From the NCBI GenBank assembly GCA_041650755.1, contig JBAZKN010000003.1, positions 86,466 to 150,465 of the forward strand: a stretch of 64,000 nucleotides of DNA, in the 5' to 3' direction. Of this stretch, positions 1 to 10,100 are shown piece after piece. Numbering within the stretch: the first letter of the stretch is position 1; each line of letters begins with the position of its first letter. Source of the stretch: Patescibacteria group bacterium. GTDB taxonomy: Bacteria; Patescibacteriota; Patescibacteriia; UBA1558; GWA2-36-10. Under the pieces are notes generated by a model that was not told the origin of the DNA, did no database searches, and worked only from the letters and a program-made list of their open reading frames with translations. Made by a program: the position numbers and the translations under genes.

Positions 1-1308
1 AATCTCCCTAACTAAATCATCCAGCTGCCCCCGACTAGAGCGCACCTCTACACCGGGATCCAAAATGTAAGTAGGTCTGATCAATTGTTCAACTACTGCT
101 TGCGATCGCCGTAGTTCATAATCTGCCGGCGTAGCCGAAGCATAGATCACCTGCTTGATATTTTGCTCAAACTCTTGAAAGGTAAGGGGCCGATTATCAT
201 AAGCGGCCTTGAGTCTAAAACCAAAATCAACCAAATTTTGCTTTCTGGCCCTATCGCCATTATACATACCCGAGATCTGCGGCAGGGTAATGTGCGACTC
301 ATCAATAATCAACAAAAAATCATCGGGAAAATAATCTATCAAACTATTGGGCGGGTCGCCCACGCTGCGACCATCAAAATAACGCGAATAGTTTTCAATG
401 CCATTACAATAGCCGGTTTCCTGGATCATTTCCAAATCATTGTTGACCCTGATTTTTAGCCTCTCAGCCTCTAAAATCTTTTTCTTCTTCTCTAGGGCCG
501 CCACTTCCCGCTTCATATCCTGACGGATAGTCTCCAGGATGCCAGCTATGTTTTCTTGGTGGGTAAAAAAATGCTTAGCTGGAAAAATTTGTGCTTGGTT
601 GATCCGGCTGATTGTCTGGCGACTAAAAATATTGATAATTTCCAGATTCTCCAAAACATCTCCATGAAAAAACAAGCGATAAAATTCGCGTTCTTGCCCG
701 GAAGCAAAAATCTCTATCACCTCTCCTTTGACAGTATAGTTCCCCCGCTGCAAAACCAGGTCATTGCGCTGATACTGGAGATTGTTTAAATTTTTTAATA
801 ATTTGAATCTGTTGTATTCCTTACCGACTTGCAAGTCAACTTTAAAATCCATATACTCGGCCGGGTTGCCTAAATTATATATGCAGGAAACCGAAGCCAC
901 AATCAAAACATCACGGCGGGTAAGCAGGCTCTGAGTGCTAGCATGACGCAAACGATCAATTTCTTCATTAATCTGGGTTTCTTTTTCTATATAGGTATCC
1001 GAAGCCGGCATATAGGCTTCTGGCTGATAATAATCATAGTATGAGACAAAATAATGCACAGCATTTTCCGGGAAAAAATCCTGAAATTCAGAAGCCAGTT
1101 GGGCAGCCAAAGTCTTATTGTGCGAAATCACCAAAGTAGGCCGTTGCACTTGGGCTATAACGTTGGCCATGGTAAAAGTCTTGCCAGACCCCGTCACACC
1201 CAAAAGCGTCTGTTCTTTATATCCCGACTTCAAGCCTTGGACCAATTTTTTTATAGCAATTGCTTGATCGCCGGCTGGTTTAAATTTTGAGCTTAATTTA
1301 AATTCCAT
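1..1308 (-). CDS. uvrB: Excinuclease ABC subunit B (3' end outside window)
   Basis: ATG at 1308 gives MEFKLSSKFKPAGDQA, followed by Walker A LLGVTGSGKT and HNKTLAAQL, which are UvrB signatures. Confidence 0.95.
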   Translation of the reverse strand, partial: MEFKLSSKFKPAGDQAIAIKKLVQGLKSGYKEQTLLGVTGSGKTFTMANVIAQVQRPTLVISHNKTLAAQLASEFQDFFPENAVHYFVSYYDYYQPEAYMPASDTYIEKETQINEEIDRLRHASTQSLLTRRDVLIVASVSCIYNLGNPAEYMDFKVDLQVGKEYNRFKLLKNLNNLQYQRNDLVLQRGNYTVKGEVIEIFASGQEREFYRLFFHGDVLENLEIINIFSRQTISRINQAQIFPAKHFFTHQENIAGILETIRQDMKREVAALEKKKKILEAERLKIRVNNDLEMIQETGYCNGIENYSRYFDGRSVGDPPNSLIDYFPDDFLLIIDESHITLPQISGMYNGDRARKQNLVDFGFRLKAAYDNRPLTFQEFEQNIKQVIYASATPADYELRRSQAVVEQLIRPTYILDPGVEVRSSRGQLDDLVREI

Positions 1309-1317
1309 ATCCAAGGT

Positions 1318-1346
1318 ATCATAATAGTTTTTTAGATTTGTGGCAA
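1318..1346 (-). promoter_or_regulatory. Sigma70-type promoter of uvrB
   Basis: TTGCCA-17 nt-TATGAT ending 9 nt before the ATG; near-leaderless. Confidence 0.55.
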
Positions 1347-1360
1347 GCCTGACCAAAAAC

Positions 1361-1388
1361 AAAAACAGCCAACTAATTGGCTGCTTTT
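1361..1388. terminator. Intrinsic terminator after the PBP gene
   Basis: Hairpin CAGCCAA-ctaa-TTGGCTG flanked by A and T tracts. Confidence 0.6.
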
Positions 1389-1391
1389 AGC

Positions 1392-4298
1392 TTATTGAAC
1401 ATTAACAATAATTGAGGGGCTGGTAATAGCTTTGTCCGCCTGATCTTTGACCACCATATAAATCTTATAAACCCCCTTATCCAAACCCTGCCCCCACTGC
1501 ACCGACAAATTATTGCTGCTGGGATTCTCTAAATAATCAAACCATTGCGAACTATTGTTGCTCGGCATATAATAAAAATCTATTTTTTTGACGTTGCTAG
1601 GTTTATCCAGATTAAATTTTAAGGTCAAAGGCAGGTCGCTTTGACTGACATTGGCGCCATTGCTTGGCTCAAGCCAGACAATATTAAATTCACGGCTGGA
1701 GCTATCTAGCTGAAAATTAACATTGATAATGGCTGCACGAAAATTTTCCGCATCATCATAAACAACCGCTTTCAATTGATGACTGCCGTTACTGACAAAG
1801 GGATCCGTCTGATAATTAAAGCTATAAGGCGCTGTTTGGCTTTCGCCAATCTTTTTATCATCCAAATAATACTCAACTCGCCGTGTACCGCGCGGTCCAG
1901 AAGCCTGCACTTGAAAAATAATATTGCTCTGATTAATGGTCTGCCCTTCGCCTGGGTTCTGCCAGCTAATATTCGGCTGATCAGCTTGGGTATGGCTATC
2001 GTCGAGCTCGGTTGGCGGGCTGTCTGTACTGTAGCCATTATCTTTGGCCCACTTAGCGACTGGCGCCTCCCAAGAGCTATATTGCGGATCACTGTCTGGA
2101 TTATCCGGAGCTGGTCCCAAAGGATCATTAATGTTTACATAATATAAAATATTGTGTATTTCGCTATATTTCCTCTCTTCGATCTCTGATGGCGGAGTAA
2201 GGTCAGTAGCTAATTTACCATTAAGTTTGTTTACTTTCACAGTGGTCTCTTGAGCCAGCTGGCCACAAATCATAGCCTTACTGCAAGACTCAAGCTCTTC
2301 GGTCTTGAGGCTCGTCGCTGGTATCTTGCTCGTCACCTCGCGCATAAACCTGTTCCAAATCGGAGCAGCTACCACCGAGCCATCAGCCCCCCTTTTCATG
2401 GCCTTATTGTCACTATTGCCAACCCAGACACCGGCAGCTATATCTGGCGTAAAGCCCATGGTCCAAGCATCATGATAATCGTTGGTAGTACCGGTTTTGG
2501 CTGCTACTGGCCTATCGGGCAAAGTCAAATAATTACTTTCCCCAAAAATAAAGGCCCGGGCTGAATTATCAGACATAACATCAGCCAATATTCTAACAAA
2601 CTTTTTATCAATCACGCGCCGACCCTTATTTTCTTTACTTTCTTCAATAACATTGCCCTTGGGATCTTCAACTTCCAAAATGGCAATGCTGTCAGAATAA
2701 ATGCCCTCTCTGGCAAGGGCTGCGTAAGCATTGGTGTGCTCCAATAATTTTACCTCTCCGCCGCCCAAAACCAAAGACAAACCATATCTATCCCTGTCTT
2801 TCAAGGTAGTGTAGCCAAAATCAGCCACTAGCTTCAATACGTTATCTAAACCAGCTAGGTACAAGGTCTTCACGGCCGGAATATTGAGAGAGCCGGCTAG
2901 AGCCTGACGCATAGAAACTATACCATGCTCTTTACCATCATAATTTGGCGGCTCGTATGGCGTGCCATCAGCCTTGACACCGAATTTGGTTCTTAAGTCA
3001 AACAATAAAGTATCGGGTCTAAAACCTTGGGTAAAGGCTGTCAGATAAACAAAGGGCTTTAGCGAGCTGCCTGGTTGTCTGGGGGCCAGAGCCACGTTGA
3101 CCTGGCCATCAATATTATCATCAAAATAATCTTTCGAGCCAACCATGGCTTTGATCTCACCGCTATTCACATCAATGGCCACTAAGGAAGCATTACCAGC
3201 ATCATACTTTTCTAAATTTTTTGGGACCTGATCGTTAATGACTTTTTCAGCGACTTGCTGCATATCCCAATCTAAGGAAGTGGTTATCTTCCAGCCGCCC
3301 TGCTCAACATTATTGGTGCCGTATTTTTCTTCTAATAGGTCTTTGACATACATGACAAAATGCGGAGCCAACATGTTTTCTGCTCGTTTTTTAAAATTCA
3401 GTGGTTCTTGCTTGGCTGATTCAGCTTCTTCTTTGGTAATGTAGCCCTGCTCAACCATCATATTCAAAACTAAATGTTGTCGATTAATCAATTTATCTTT
3501 ATTATTACCATAAGGGGAATAATATGATGGCGCTTGTGGCAAGGCAGCCAGAACAGTCGCTTCTGCTAAAGTCAAATCTTTGGCAGACTTATCGAAATAA
3601 GAGTGCGCGGCCGATTCAATCCCATAGGCCGAACCGCCATAAGGAATCTCGTTGAAATATAATTGCAAAATTTCATCCTTGCCATATTTCTTTTCGATCT
3701 GATAGGACAAAATCCATTCTTTAATTTTCCTGGAAATCCGGCGCTCATTAGTCAAAATAGCATTTTTGACGAATTGCTGAGTCAGAGTAGACCCGCCCTG
3801 CACCCTTTCGCCTTTGACTGCCTGCAAAAAGAGGCCGCGGATAATGCCACGAATAGAAATGCCGCCGTGCTCATAAAAATCTTTGTCTTCAATGGCAATC
3901 GTCGCTTCAGTAATATATTTTGGTAAATCTTTTATTGATACCAGCGTGCGCTGTTCTGGACCATGCACCTCATAAAGTAATTTTTCGCCTGTCCGGTCAT
4001 AAATCTTAGTGCTTAAAGGCACGCTTCTGTCCATAATCTTATTTGGGTCAGGTAAATCCTTGGAGTAATAAGCTGCAGCGCCAACCAAAATAATGCCCCC
4101 CAACAGTATTAGGCCAATCAAATATGGAAAAAAACGCCAAAACCAAGGTCGCTGTTTTTTTTGCTTAGGTTTGGGAGCATAAAATAAATCATGGCCGGAT
4201 TTAGGGGCTGGTCGCTTTTGACCTAATGGGTGGCTGGTAAAGCCGCTGCCCCCAAAAGATCTACGCTTAAAAGTTGTTTTGAGTTGTGGTATCGGCAT
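1392..4298 (-). CDS. Class A penicillin-binding protein (PBP1A family) with C-terminal Ig-like domains
   Basis: N-terminal TM helix; transglycosylase motifs EDKDFYEH and QGGSTLTQQ; transpeptidase motifs SSLK, SLN and KTG. Confidence 0.92.
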   Translation of the reverse strand: MPIPQLKTTFKRRSFGGSGFTSHPLGQKRPAPKSGHDLFYAPKPKQKKQRPWFWRFFPYLIGLILLGGIILVGAAAYYSKDLPDPNKIMDRSVPLSTKIYDRTGEKLLYEVHGPEQRTLVSIKDLPKYITEATIAIEDKDFYEHGGISIRGIIRGLFLQAVKGERVQGGSTLTQQFVKNAILTNERRISRKIKEWILSYQIEKKYGKDEILQLYFNEIPYGGSAYGIESAAHSYFDKSAKDLTLAEATVLAALPQAPSYYSPYGNNKDKLINRQHLVLNMMVEQGYITKEEAESAKQEPLNFKKRAENMLAPHFVMYVKDLLEEKYGTNNVEQGGWKITTSLDWDMQQVAEKVINDQVPKNLEKYDAGNASLVAIDVNSGEIKAMVGSKDYFDDNIDGQVNVALAPRQPGSSLKPFVYLTAFTQGFRPDTLLFDLRTKFGVKADGTPYEPPNYDGKEHGIVSMRQALAGSLNIPAVKTLYLAGLDNVLKLVADFGYTTLKDRDRYGLSLVLGGGEVKLLEHTNAYAALAREGIYSDSIAILEVEDPKGNVIEESKENKGRRVIDKKFVRILADVMSDNSARAFIFGESNYLTLPDRPVAAKTGTTNDYHDAWTMGFTPDIAAGVWVGNSDNKAMKRGADGSVVAAPIWNRFMREVTSKIPATSLKTEELESCSKAMICGQLAQETTVKVNKLNGKLATDLTPPSEIEERKYSEIHNILYYVNINDPLGPAPDNPDSDPQYSSWEAPVAKWAKDNGYSTDSPPTELDDSHTQADQPNISWQNPGEGQTINQSNIIFQVQASGPRGTRRVEYYLDDKKIGESQTAPYSFNYQTDPFVSNGSHQLKAVVYDDAENFRAAIINVNFQLDSSSREFNIVWLEPSNGANVSQSDLPLTLKFNLDKPSNVKKIDFYYMPSNNSSQWFDYLENPSSNNLSVQWGQGLDKGVYKIYMVVKDQADKAITSPSIIVNVQ

Positions 4299-4581
4299 GT
4301 CCCCGAAAATAACAAATGAATAAACTTATAATTACTAAATATGCTGCAAAATATTGCCAAACTGCTTCTAATGAGATGCAGTATTTGAATTATAACAGAA
4401 ATAGGCTATAATTTGAATGTATTAGCTGATGGCAAATAGCCCATGGCTTATGACTATTAGTTAATAACATTTTGACCTATAACTATATACTTAATTTGAA
4501 ATTAATATTAATCAAAATAGCTTTTGTTTATACTCTATGGCCTAAACCATAGGCGATAAGCTATGAGCTATTAGCGATAAC

Positions 4582-5790
4582 ATGGCTAAAATTAACACAG
4601 ATCAAGTAAAAATTCAAGAAATATTGACTCGGGGTGTGGAAAATATTTACCCCAATAAAGAGTACCTAAAAAAATTGTTAAGCTCGGGAAAACAATTGTC
4701 TTTGTACTTAGGTATTGACCCCACTGGCCCAAGCCTACACTTGGGGCATGCTATCAATTTAGAAAAATTGCGCCAATTTCAAGCTTTGGGCCACAAAATC
4801 ATATTACTAATCGGGGATTTCACTGGTACAGTAGGCGACCCAACTGATAAATCAGCTGTCAGAAAAGCCCTGACTAGAGCAGAAGTTCTTAATAATGCCA
4901 GAGATTATAAAAAACAGGCCAGTCGGGTGCTTAATTTTTCCGGCAACAATAAGGCAGAAATAAAATTTAACAGCACCTGGCAAAATAAAATGAACTTCGC
5001 TCAAGTTTTGGATGTGGCGAAAAATTTTACTGTCCAACGCCTCCTGGAAAGAGATATGTTTCAAGAACGACTCAAGTCTGCCCGACCAATATACTTGCAT
5101 GAATTTATGTATCCGGTCTTGCAGGCCTATGATTGCGTGGCTATGGGTGTGGATGGCGAGCTTGGCGGTAATGATCAAACTTTCAACATGCTGGCCGGCC
5201 GCGAGCTTATGAAGACCTTGAAAAACAAAGAAAAATTTGTTATAACCATGAAGTTGCTCACTGACTCAAGTGGTAAAAAAATGGGCAAAACCGAAAACAA
5301 TATGGCTGCCTTATCAGATACGCCCCAAGATATGTTTGGTAAAATTATGTCCTGGACTGACAATATGATTGTTCCGGGTTTTGAGCTTTGCACTAGGGTA
5401 GCAATATCTGAAATCAAACAAATCGAAAAAGACCTTAAGTCTGGTAAAAATCCTCGAGATCTAAAATTTACTTTAGCTATGGAGATTGTTGAAATCTATT
5501 TTGGCGAAAATGCTGCCCAAAAAGCCGGACAAGAATTCACTAATATTTTTGCCAAAAAAGAAAACCCCTTAGATATTCCTGAATTTGCTATCAAAACTGG
5601 CAAAATAAACCCAGCTGATTTATTGATGCTAATGTCTTTGGTTGGTTCTAAATCAGAAGCTAGACGCTTGGTTGATGGCGGCGGCATGAAGATAAACCAT
5701 GCTAAAATTGCAGCTTGGGATAAAGATATAGAAATAAAATCAGGTGATGTGGTACAGGCTGGCAAGAGAAAATTCGGCAAGGTCAAATAA
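4582..5790 (+). CDS. tyrS: Tyrosine--tRNA ligase
   Basis: GIDPT..LHLGH (HIGH), KKMGKT (KMSKS) and a C-terminal S4 domain. Confidence 0.96.
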   Translation: MAKINTDQVKIQEILTRGVENIYPNKEYLKKLLSSGKQLSLYLGIDPTGPSLHLGHAINLEKLRQFQALGHKIILLIGDFTGTVGDPTDKSAVRKALTRAEVLNNARDYKKQASRVLNFSGNNKAEIKFNSTWQNKMNFAQVLDVAKNFTVQRLLERDMFQERLKSARPIYLHEFMYPVLQAYDCVAMGVDGELGGNDQTFNMLAGRELMKTLKNKEKFVITMKLLTDSSGKKMGKTENNMAALSDTPQDMFGKIMSWTDNMIVPGFELCTRVAISEIKQIEKDLKSGKNPRDLKFTLAMEIVEIYFGENAAQKAGQEFTNIFAKKENPLDIPEFAIKTGKINPADLLMLMSLVGSKSEARRLVDGGGMKINHAKIAAWDKDIEIKSGDVVQAGKRKFGKVK

Positions 5791-5798
5791 AAAAACAC

Positions 5799-5888
5799 AT
5801 GATACCAATAATAATTATTATAGTGGTAATTGTCCTGATCGGCGGAGCTGTTTTGCTAGGTGCTAAAGAAGACCAAGGAAAAAAATAG
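5799..5888 (+). CDS. Small single-TM protein, 29 aa (MIPIIIIIVVIVLIGGAVLLGAKEDQGKK)
   Basis: The ORF fills the gap between tyrS and the antiporter gene; hydrophobic helix plus charged tail; below the ORF-track size cutoff. Confidence 0.55.
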   Translation: MIPIIIIIVVIVLIGGAVLLGAKEDQGKK

Positions 5889-5894
5889 TAAACT

Positions 5895-6824
5895 ATGCTG
5901 CAAAATTTACTTATCCTAGCTGTCGCGCTATTTTTTGTTATCAAGGGAGCGGTGCTGGCTACTAAATATGCCGCTCGTTTAGCAAAAAATTTCCAGCTAT
6001 CAAAATACGTCGTTGGCTTCATTGTTGTAGCCATTATTTCAATATTGCCGGAAACCTTTATCGCCATCAATGCTTCCTTAAGTGGCCTGCCGGCTTTTGG
6101 CTTAGGTACATTATTTGGCTCCAACGTAGCTGATCTGACTTTAGTATTTGCTATTATCATCTGGCTGTCCGGTAGAAATATAAAAATTGAAAGTCGAATA
6201 TTAAAAAACAACATCATTTATCCCTTTTTATTTATTATCCCTCTGGTCCTAGGGTTTGATGGCCACTATTCGCGCCTAGAGGGGGCAACCCTCATCATAG
6301 CTGGCATAATATTTTATTATTTCGCTTTCAAAAATAGCCACCAAAAAACAGAGAAAGTGAAAGATGCGGACCACCCCTATAAAAACTCCCTGCTCTTGAT
6401 ATTCAGTATGGCTATATTGTTGGTAGGCTCGCATTTTACTGTCATATCAGCGACTGACCTAGCGCAAAACCTGGGCGTCACGCCAATACTCATTGGCATG
6501 TTGATTGTCGGCATAGGCACGACTATGCCCGAGATGCTTTTTTCATTGCAAGCAGTCCGGAGGCATAATGACTCTCTGGCAGTCGGCGATATTTTGGGTA
6601 CAGTCTTAGCTGATGCTACTGTAGTAGTCGGCATCATTGCCCTGATCCAACCCTTCTTCTTCCCGATAAAAATAATCTATGTCACCGGAGTTTTTATGTT
6701 GCTGGCCACTTTTGCCTTATCTTATTTTATGCACACTGGTAAAGTGATTTCTAAAAAGGAGGCTTTTTTATTACTGGGATTTTGGCTGATATTCGTCTTG
6801 ACTGAATATTTGGTTAATCGATAA
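5895..6824 (+). CDS. Sodium:calcium antiporter (CaCA/YrbG family)
   Basis: Two alpha repeats (SILPE..GSN and GTTMPE..GT) and about 10 TM segments. Confidence 0.85.
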   Translation: MLQNLLILAVALFFVIKGAVLATKYAARLAKNFQLSKYVVGFIVVAIISILPETFIAINASLSGLPAFGLGTLFGSNVADLTLVFAIIIWLSGRNIKIESRILKNNIIYPFLFIIPLVLGFDGHYSRLEGATLIIAGIIFYYFAFKNSHQKTEKVKDADHPYKNSLLLIFSMAILLVGSHFTVISATDLAQNLGVTPILIGMLIVGIGTTMPEMLFSLQAVRRHNDSLAVGDILGTVLADATVVVGIIALIQPFFFPIKIIYVTGVFMLLATFALSYFMHTGKVISKKEAFLLLGFWLIFVLTEYLVNR

Positions 6825-6842
6825 TTTTAGCTAATATTAGAC

Positions 6843-6876
6843 AAAAAATAGAGGATGCTAACCTCCTATTTTTTTT
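6843..6876 (+). terminator. Intrinsic terminator
   Basis: Hairpin ATAG-AGG..CCT-cCTAT followed by a T tract. Confidence 0.55.
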
Positions 6877-6956
6877 AATTTATTGACAATAGATTGACTA
6901 TGTATATAAAAAATGATAAAACACCAAGATACCTCAACAATGAAGGGGGGTGTTCT

Positions 6957-6992
6957 ATGAAAGTAAAGGTCTGGTCTCGCGTAATCGGGTGA
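6957..6992 (+). other. Mini-ORF MKVKVWSRVIG in its own promoter-terminator unit
   Basis: TTGACT-17-TAAAAC at 6894-6922; G-rich RBS GAAGGGGGG; hairpin plus T tract at 6996-7041. Confidence 0.35.
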
Positions 6993-7054
6993 CGCTCGGG
7001 GTAAAATGCTGTCTTGCATCAGTACTTCGCCCCGATTTTTTAATATTTATTAAT

Positions 7055-7993
7055 CTAATACCGCCCTAAACCCTGTCTATAAAATCTAGCTGCCTCCTCT
7101 GGGGCAATCGGATTAATGATCAGACCCGAACCAATCTCTACTCCGGCCCAGACCGAACCCCGGGGCACAATCTTCATATAAAGATGTTGATCTTCATCAT
7201 GAATCACCTGATGAAAATAATAATTGTAAGGCAAATTTAGCTGGCTGATTTTTTTCAGGCTGTGTTTTAATATTTTTGCCCAAGACAGGCGCTCAAGCCT
7301 GGTCAGTTGAGTGATATTATCAATGTGCCGCTTGGGCATGATCCAAATCTCATAATTAAACGTAGAAGCATAGGGCGTAAAAGCAATAACGTGCTTATCC
7401 TGCCAGACAAAACGCGGACCCTTCTTTTCTTTTTTTATTACATCACAATAAACACAAGTGCCATTTTTTAGCTTATAAGCCTGCTGGCGCTGGGATTTGT
7501 CAGCCAAATGCGGCGGCAAAAAACTAGTGGCAAAAATCTGGCTGTGGGCATGCTGCAAACTGGCGCCAGCCGTACCGCCATTATTTTTGAAAATCAAAAT
7601 ATACTCTATTTTTTTATTTTTAGTAATAGTTTTGGTGCGCTCGGCATAAGCCATCAACAAATCCGCCAAATGGTCAACCGGCAAATCCTCAAGCTCCCTG
7701 ACATGGTCGGGTGTTTCAATCACCACCTCTTGCTGGCCATAAGCCTTGGGGTTATTCAAGGTCACGGCTGGATATTTATTTGGTCGGACAGCAATACGCC
7801 AATTTTTGGCTGGACCAACTTTATATAATAATTTTAAACCGGCTAGTTTTTTTGGACAAAACTGACAAGCCTCATCAAACTGCTTACTGGCCTGATTGGG
7901 GGCCACCGCTACATCATGCGGCCTCAGGGCTCGACGTGGAGCAATAATGACATATTTGTCTTGAATGTAATCTTTTCTAATTTCTGGGTGCAT
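7055..7993 (-). CDS. GalT-like nucleotidyltransferase (HIT superfamily)
   Basis: CQFCP zinc motif, NKYPA, and GASLQHAHSQ (HxHxQ). Confidence 0.85.
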   Translation of the reverse strand: MHPEIRKDYIQDKYVIIAPRRALRPHDVAVAPNQASKQFDEACQFCPKKLAGLKLLYKVGPAKNWRIAVRPNKYPAVTLNNPKAYGQQEVVIETPDHVRELEDLPVDHLADLLMAYAERTKTITKNKKIEYILIFKNNGGTAGASLQHAHSQIFATSFLPPHLADKSQRQQAYKLKNGTCVYCDVIKKEKKGPRFVWQDKHVIAFTPYASTFNYEIWIMPKRHIDNITQLTRLERLSWAKILKHSLKKISQLNLPYNYYFHQVIHDEDQHLYMKIVPRGSVWAGVEIGSGLIINPIAPEEAARFYRQGLGRY

Positions 7994-7995
7994 AA

Positions 7996-9480
7996 TTATT
8001 TTAATAATTTTTGATAAAGTTCCATGTAGCTAACAGCTGATTTGCGCCACGACCAATCAATAGACATGGCTGATCCCATCATCTGGCTCATTTGTTTTTT
8101 ATTCTGATATAGCTTTTTGGCCTGATAAAGTGCCCGCTGCAAATCAGCCGCATTATGCTTTTTAAAAACTAAGCCATTGCGGCGATGCTTGACCGTATCT
8201 TTTAAGCCCCCCGTTGCCCTGACAATCGGCAAGCTGCCATAGCGCATAGCAATCATCTGACCTAAGCCACAAGGCTCAAAGCGCGATGGCATCAAAAAGA
8301 AATCAGTGGCTGCATAAATATTCTGCGCTAGCCCCAAATCAAAGCCAATCACAGCCGCCATCTGCTCTGGGTGTTTTTTGGCTAAACTTTTTATTTTTTC
8401 TTCAATGATTTTCTGGCCAGTACCCAAGATAAGCAACTGCCAATCTTTCTTGCTTAACATTTTCTCTATTGCTGGTAATAAAATATCAAAGCCTTTTTGA
8501 TCAACCAGCCGCGTGACAATGCCAAAAAGTGGCAGATCTCTGACCGGCAACTTTAATCTGGCCTGCAAGCGGCTTTTATTAAACTGCTTACCTGGCAGAG
8601 CCTGATCTTTGGAATACTTTTTATAAATATACTTATCTTTTTTGGGATCAAACAAATCAATATCAATACCGTTGAGTATGCCTAACAAATGCTTCCTGCG
8701 ACGCTGCAAATAGACCTCCAAATCTTCACCGTATTCTTTGGTTAAAATCTCTTTGGCATAACTTGGGCTGACAGTATTGATATAATCAGCGGATAAAATG
8801 CCAATTTTCATAAAATCTAAAACATTGCCATCTCGATCATAATAATCTTCCATAAGGGCCGGGGTCAAATCATGATGCAGACTAGCATAATCCAAAATAT
8901 CTAAAGGGGCCACGCCTTGATTAGCCAGATTATGGATAGTAAAAAGTGTTTTAATGTTGGGGAAATCCTGATGTTTGATACTATATTCATCTATATAGGT
9001 AGGCAGTAGAGCTGTATGCCAATCATGGCAATGCACAATATCTATTGGCCAATGCTTGGCATAAATAACTTCAGCTACCGCCTGACTGAAAATGGTGAAT
9101 CTCTCTACGTCAATATAGGTGCGGGTATAAGCACCATTAGATAAATACTTACGCGAACCAAAATAAATATTTGGACTATTAAATAATCTGTGTTTTACTA
9201 AATAAACTGGGATTTTACTATCAGGCAAAATAGTTTGGTATAAACTAAAATGTTCTTTAGCGCCTGCCGACTTCACCATTAAGTGCTGTGAAATCTTAAT
9301 TGTTTTATACTCATTGGTATTGATACTACCATAAAAAGGAATGATAATTTTTACATCAACCCCTGTCTTAGCTAATGCTTTGGGCAAAGCCCCTATGACA
9401 TCGCCCAAGCCGCCAACTTTAACCAGGGGCGCCAATTCTGCGCCAACAAATAAGACAGAAATTTTCTTTTTTTGTGGCAT
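7996..9480 (-). CDS. glgA: Glycogen/starch synthase (GT5)
   Basis: KVGGLGDV, HCHDWHT and PSRFEPCGL. Confidence 0.92.
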   Translation of the reverse strand: MPQKKKISVLFVGAELAPLVKVGGLGDVIGALPKALAKTGVDVKIIIPFYGSINTNEYKTIKISQHLMVKSAGAKEHFSLYQTILPDSKIPVYLVKHRLFNSPNIYFGSRKYLSNGAYTRTYIDVERFTIFSQAVAEVIYAKHWPIDIVHCHDWHTALLPTYIDEYSIKHQDFPNIKTLFTIHNLANQGVAPLDILDYASLHHDLTPALMEDYYDRDGNVLDFMKIGILSADYINTVSPSYAKEILTKEYGEDLEVYLQRRRKHLLGILNGIDIDLFDPKKDKYIYKKYSKDQALPGKQFNKSRLQARLKLPVRDLPLFGIVTRLVDQKGFDILLPAIEKMLSKKDWQLLILGTGQKIIEEKIKSLAKKHPEQMAAVIGFDLGLAQNIYAATDFFLMPSRFEPCGLGQMIAMRYGSLPIVRATGGLKDTVKHRRNGLVFKKHNAADLQRALYQAKKLYQNKKQMSQMMGSAMSIDWSWRKSAVSYMELYQKLLK

Positions 9481-9519
9481 GGAAAAAATTGTAGTAATAA
9501 TAATATATTATACCACAAT

Positions 9520-10098
9520 TTATTGTTCACCGATAAAATGTAGGATTTCTCCAATAATTTTTGGGTTGGGCAAAACCGATGAATCCAATAGCAAAACAGG
9601 CAGACTACTTTTTTTCAGCAAGTCCAGAAAAACTGTTTGCTGATGTAAATAGGCCCTGGGCTCTTGCGCGACTCGCTGATAATGCGGATAAAGATTTATC
9701 CGATCTTGTAAGCGTTTTTTTATCAGTTCCTCGTCTTCAGCAAAAGTGGTTAAAATAATCTTGGCACCAAGGGATGCCAGCCTTTTTTCTATTATTGAAA
9801 AGTCAAAAGCTTGGTTATTATATATCTGCTGATAAACCGCTTCACTAATGTGAAATTTCTCGATTAATAAATTTAATCCCGACAGCTCCTCAAATATTTC
9901 TACGTATTTATTTAAGGTTGCCTGGCCAAAGGCTGTGCCAAACAAGCCAACATCACAATTAAACCAATGGCAGCCATCCAAAATTCTGCCACCGCTATTA
10001 TATTTCGGCTCCAAAAAATTATAAACCTGGCTCATAACAAAACTCTTGCCAGATAATTCTGCTCCTTCGAAAATCAATTTATGTTTAGCTGACACCAT
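9520..10098 (-). CDS. P-loop nucleotide kinase-like protein (dTMP kinase-like fold)
   Basis: LIFEGAELSGKS Walker A at the N-terminus; LLIEKFHISE resembles the DR motif of thymidylate kinases. Confidence 0.55.
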   Translation of the reverse strand: MVSAKHKLIFEGAELSGKSFVMSQVYNFLEPKYNSGGRILDGCHWFNCDVGLFGTAFGQATLNKYVEIFEELSGLNLLIEKFHISEAVYQQIYNNQAFDFSIIEKRLASLGAKIILTTFAEDEELIKKRLQDRINLYPHYQRVAQEPRAYLHQQTVFLDLLKKSSLPVLLLDSSVLPNPKIIGEILHFIGEQ

Positions 10099-10100
10099 TA

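Noticed and set aside
163-1290. Three plus-strand ORFs in the track
   Set aside because: They are antisense shadows of uvrB, which the track omits because it runs off the window.
1392-2100. Ig-like C-terminal extension of the PBP as a novelty
   Set aside because: Accessory beta-sandwich domains on class A PBPs are common, and nothing else here is unusual.
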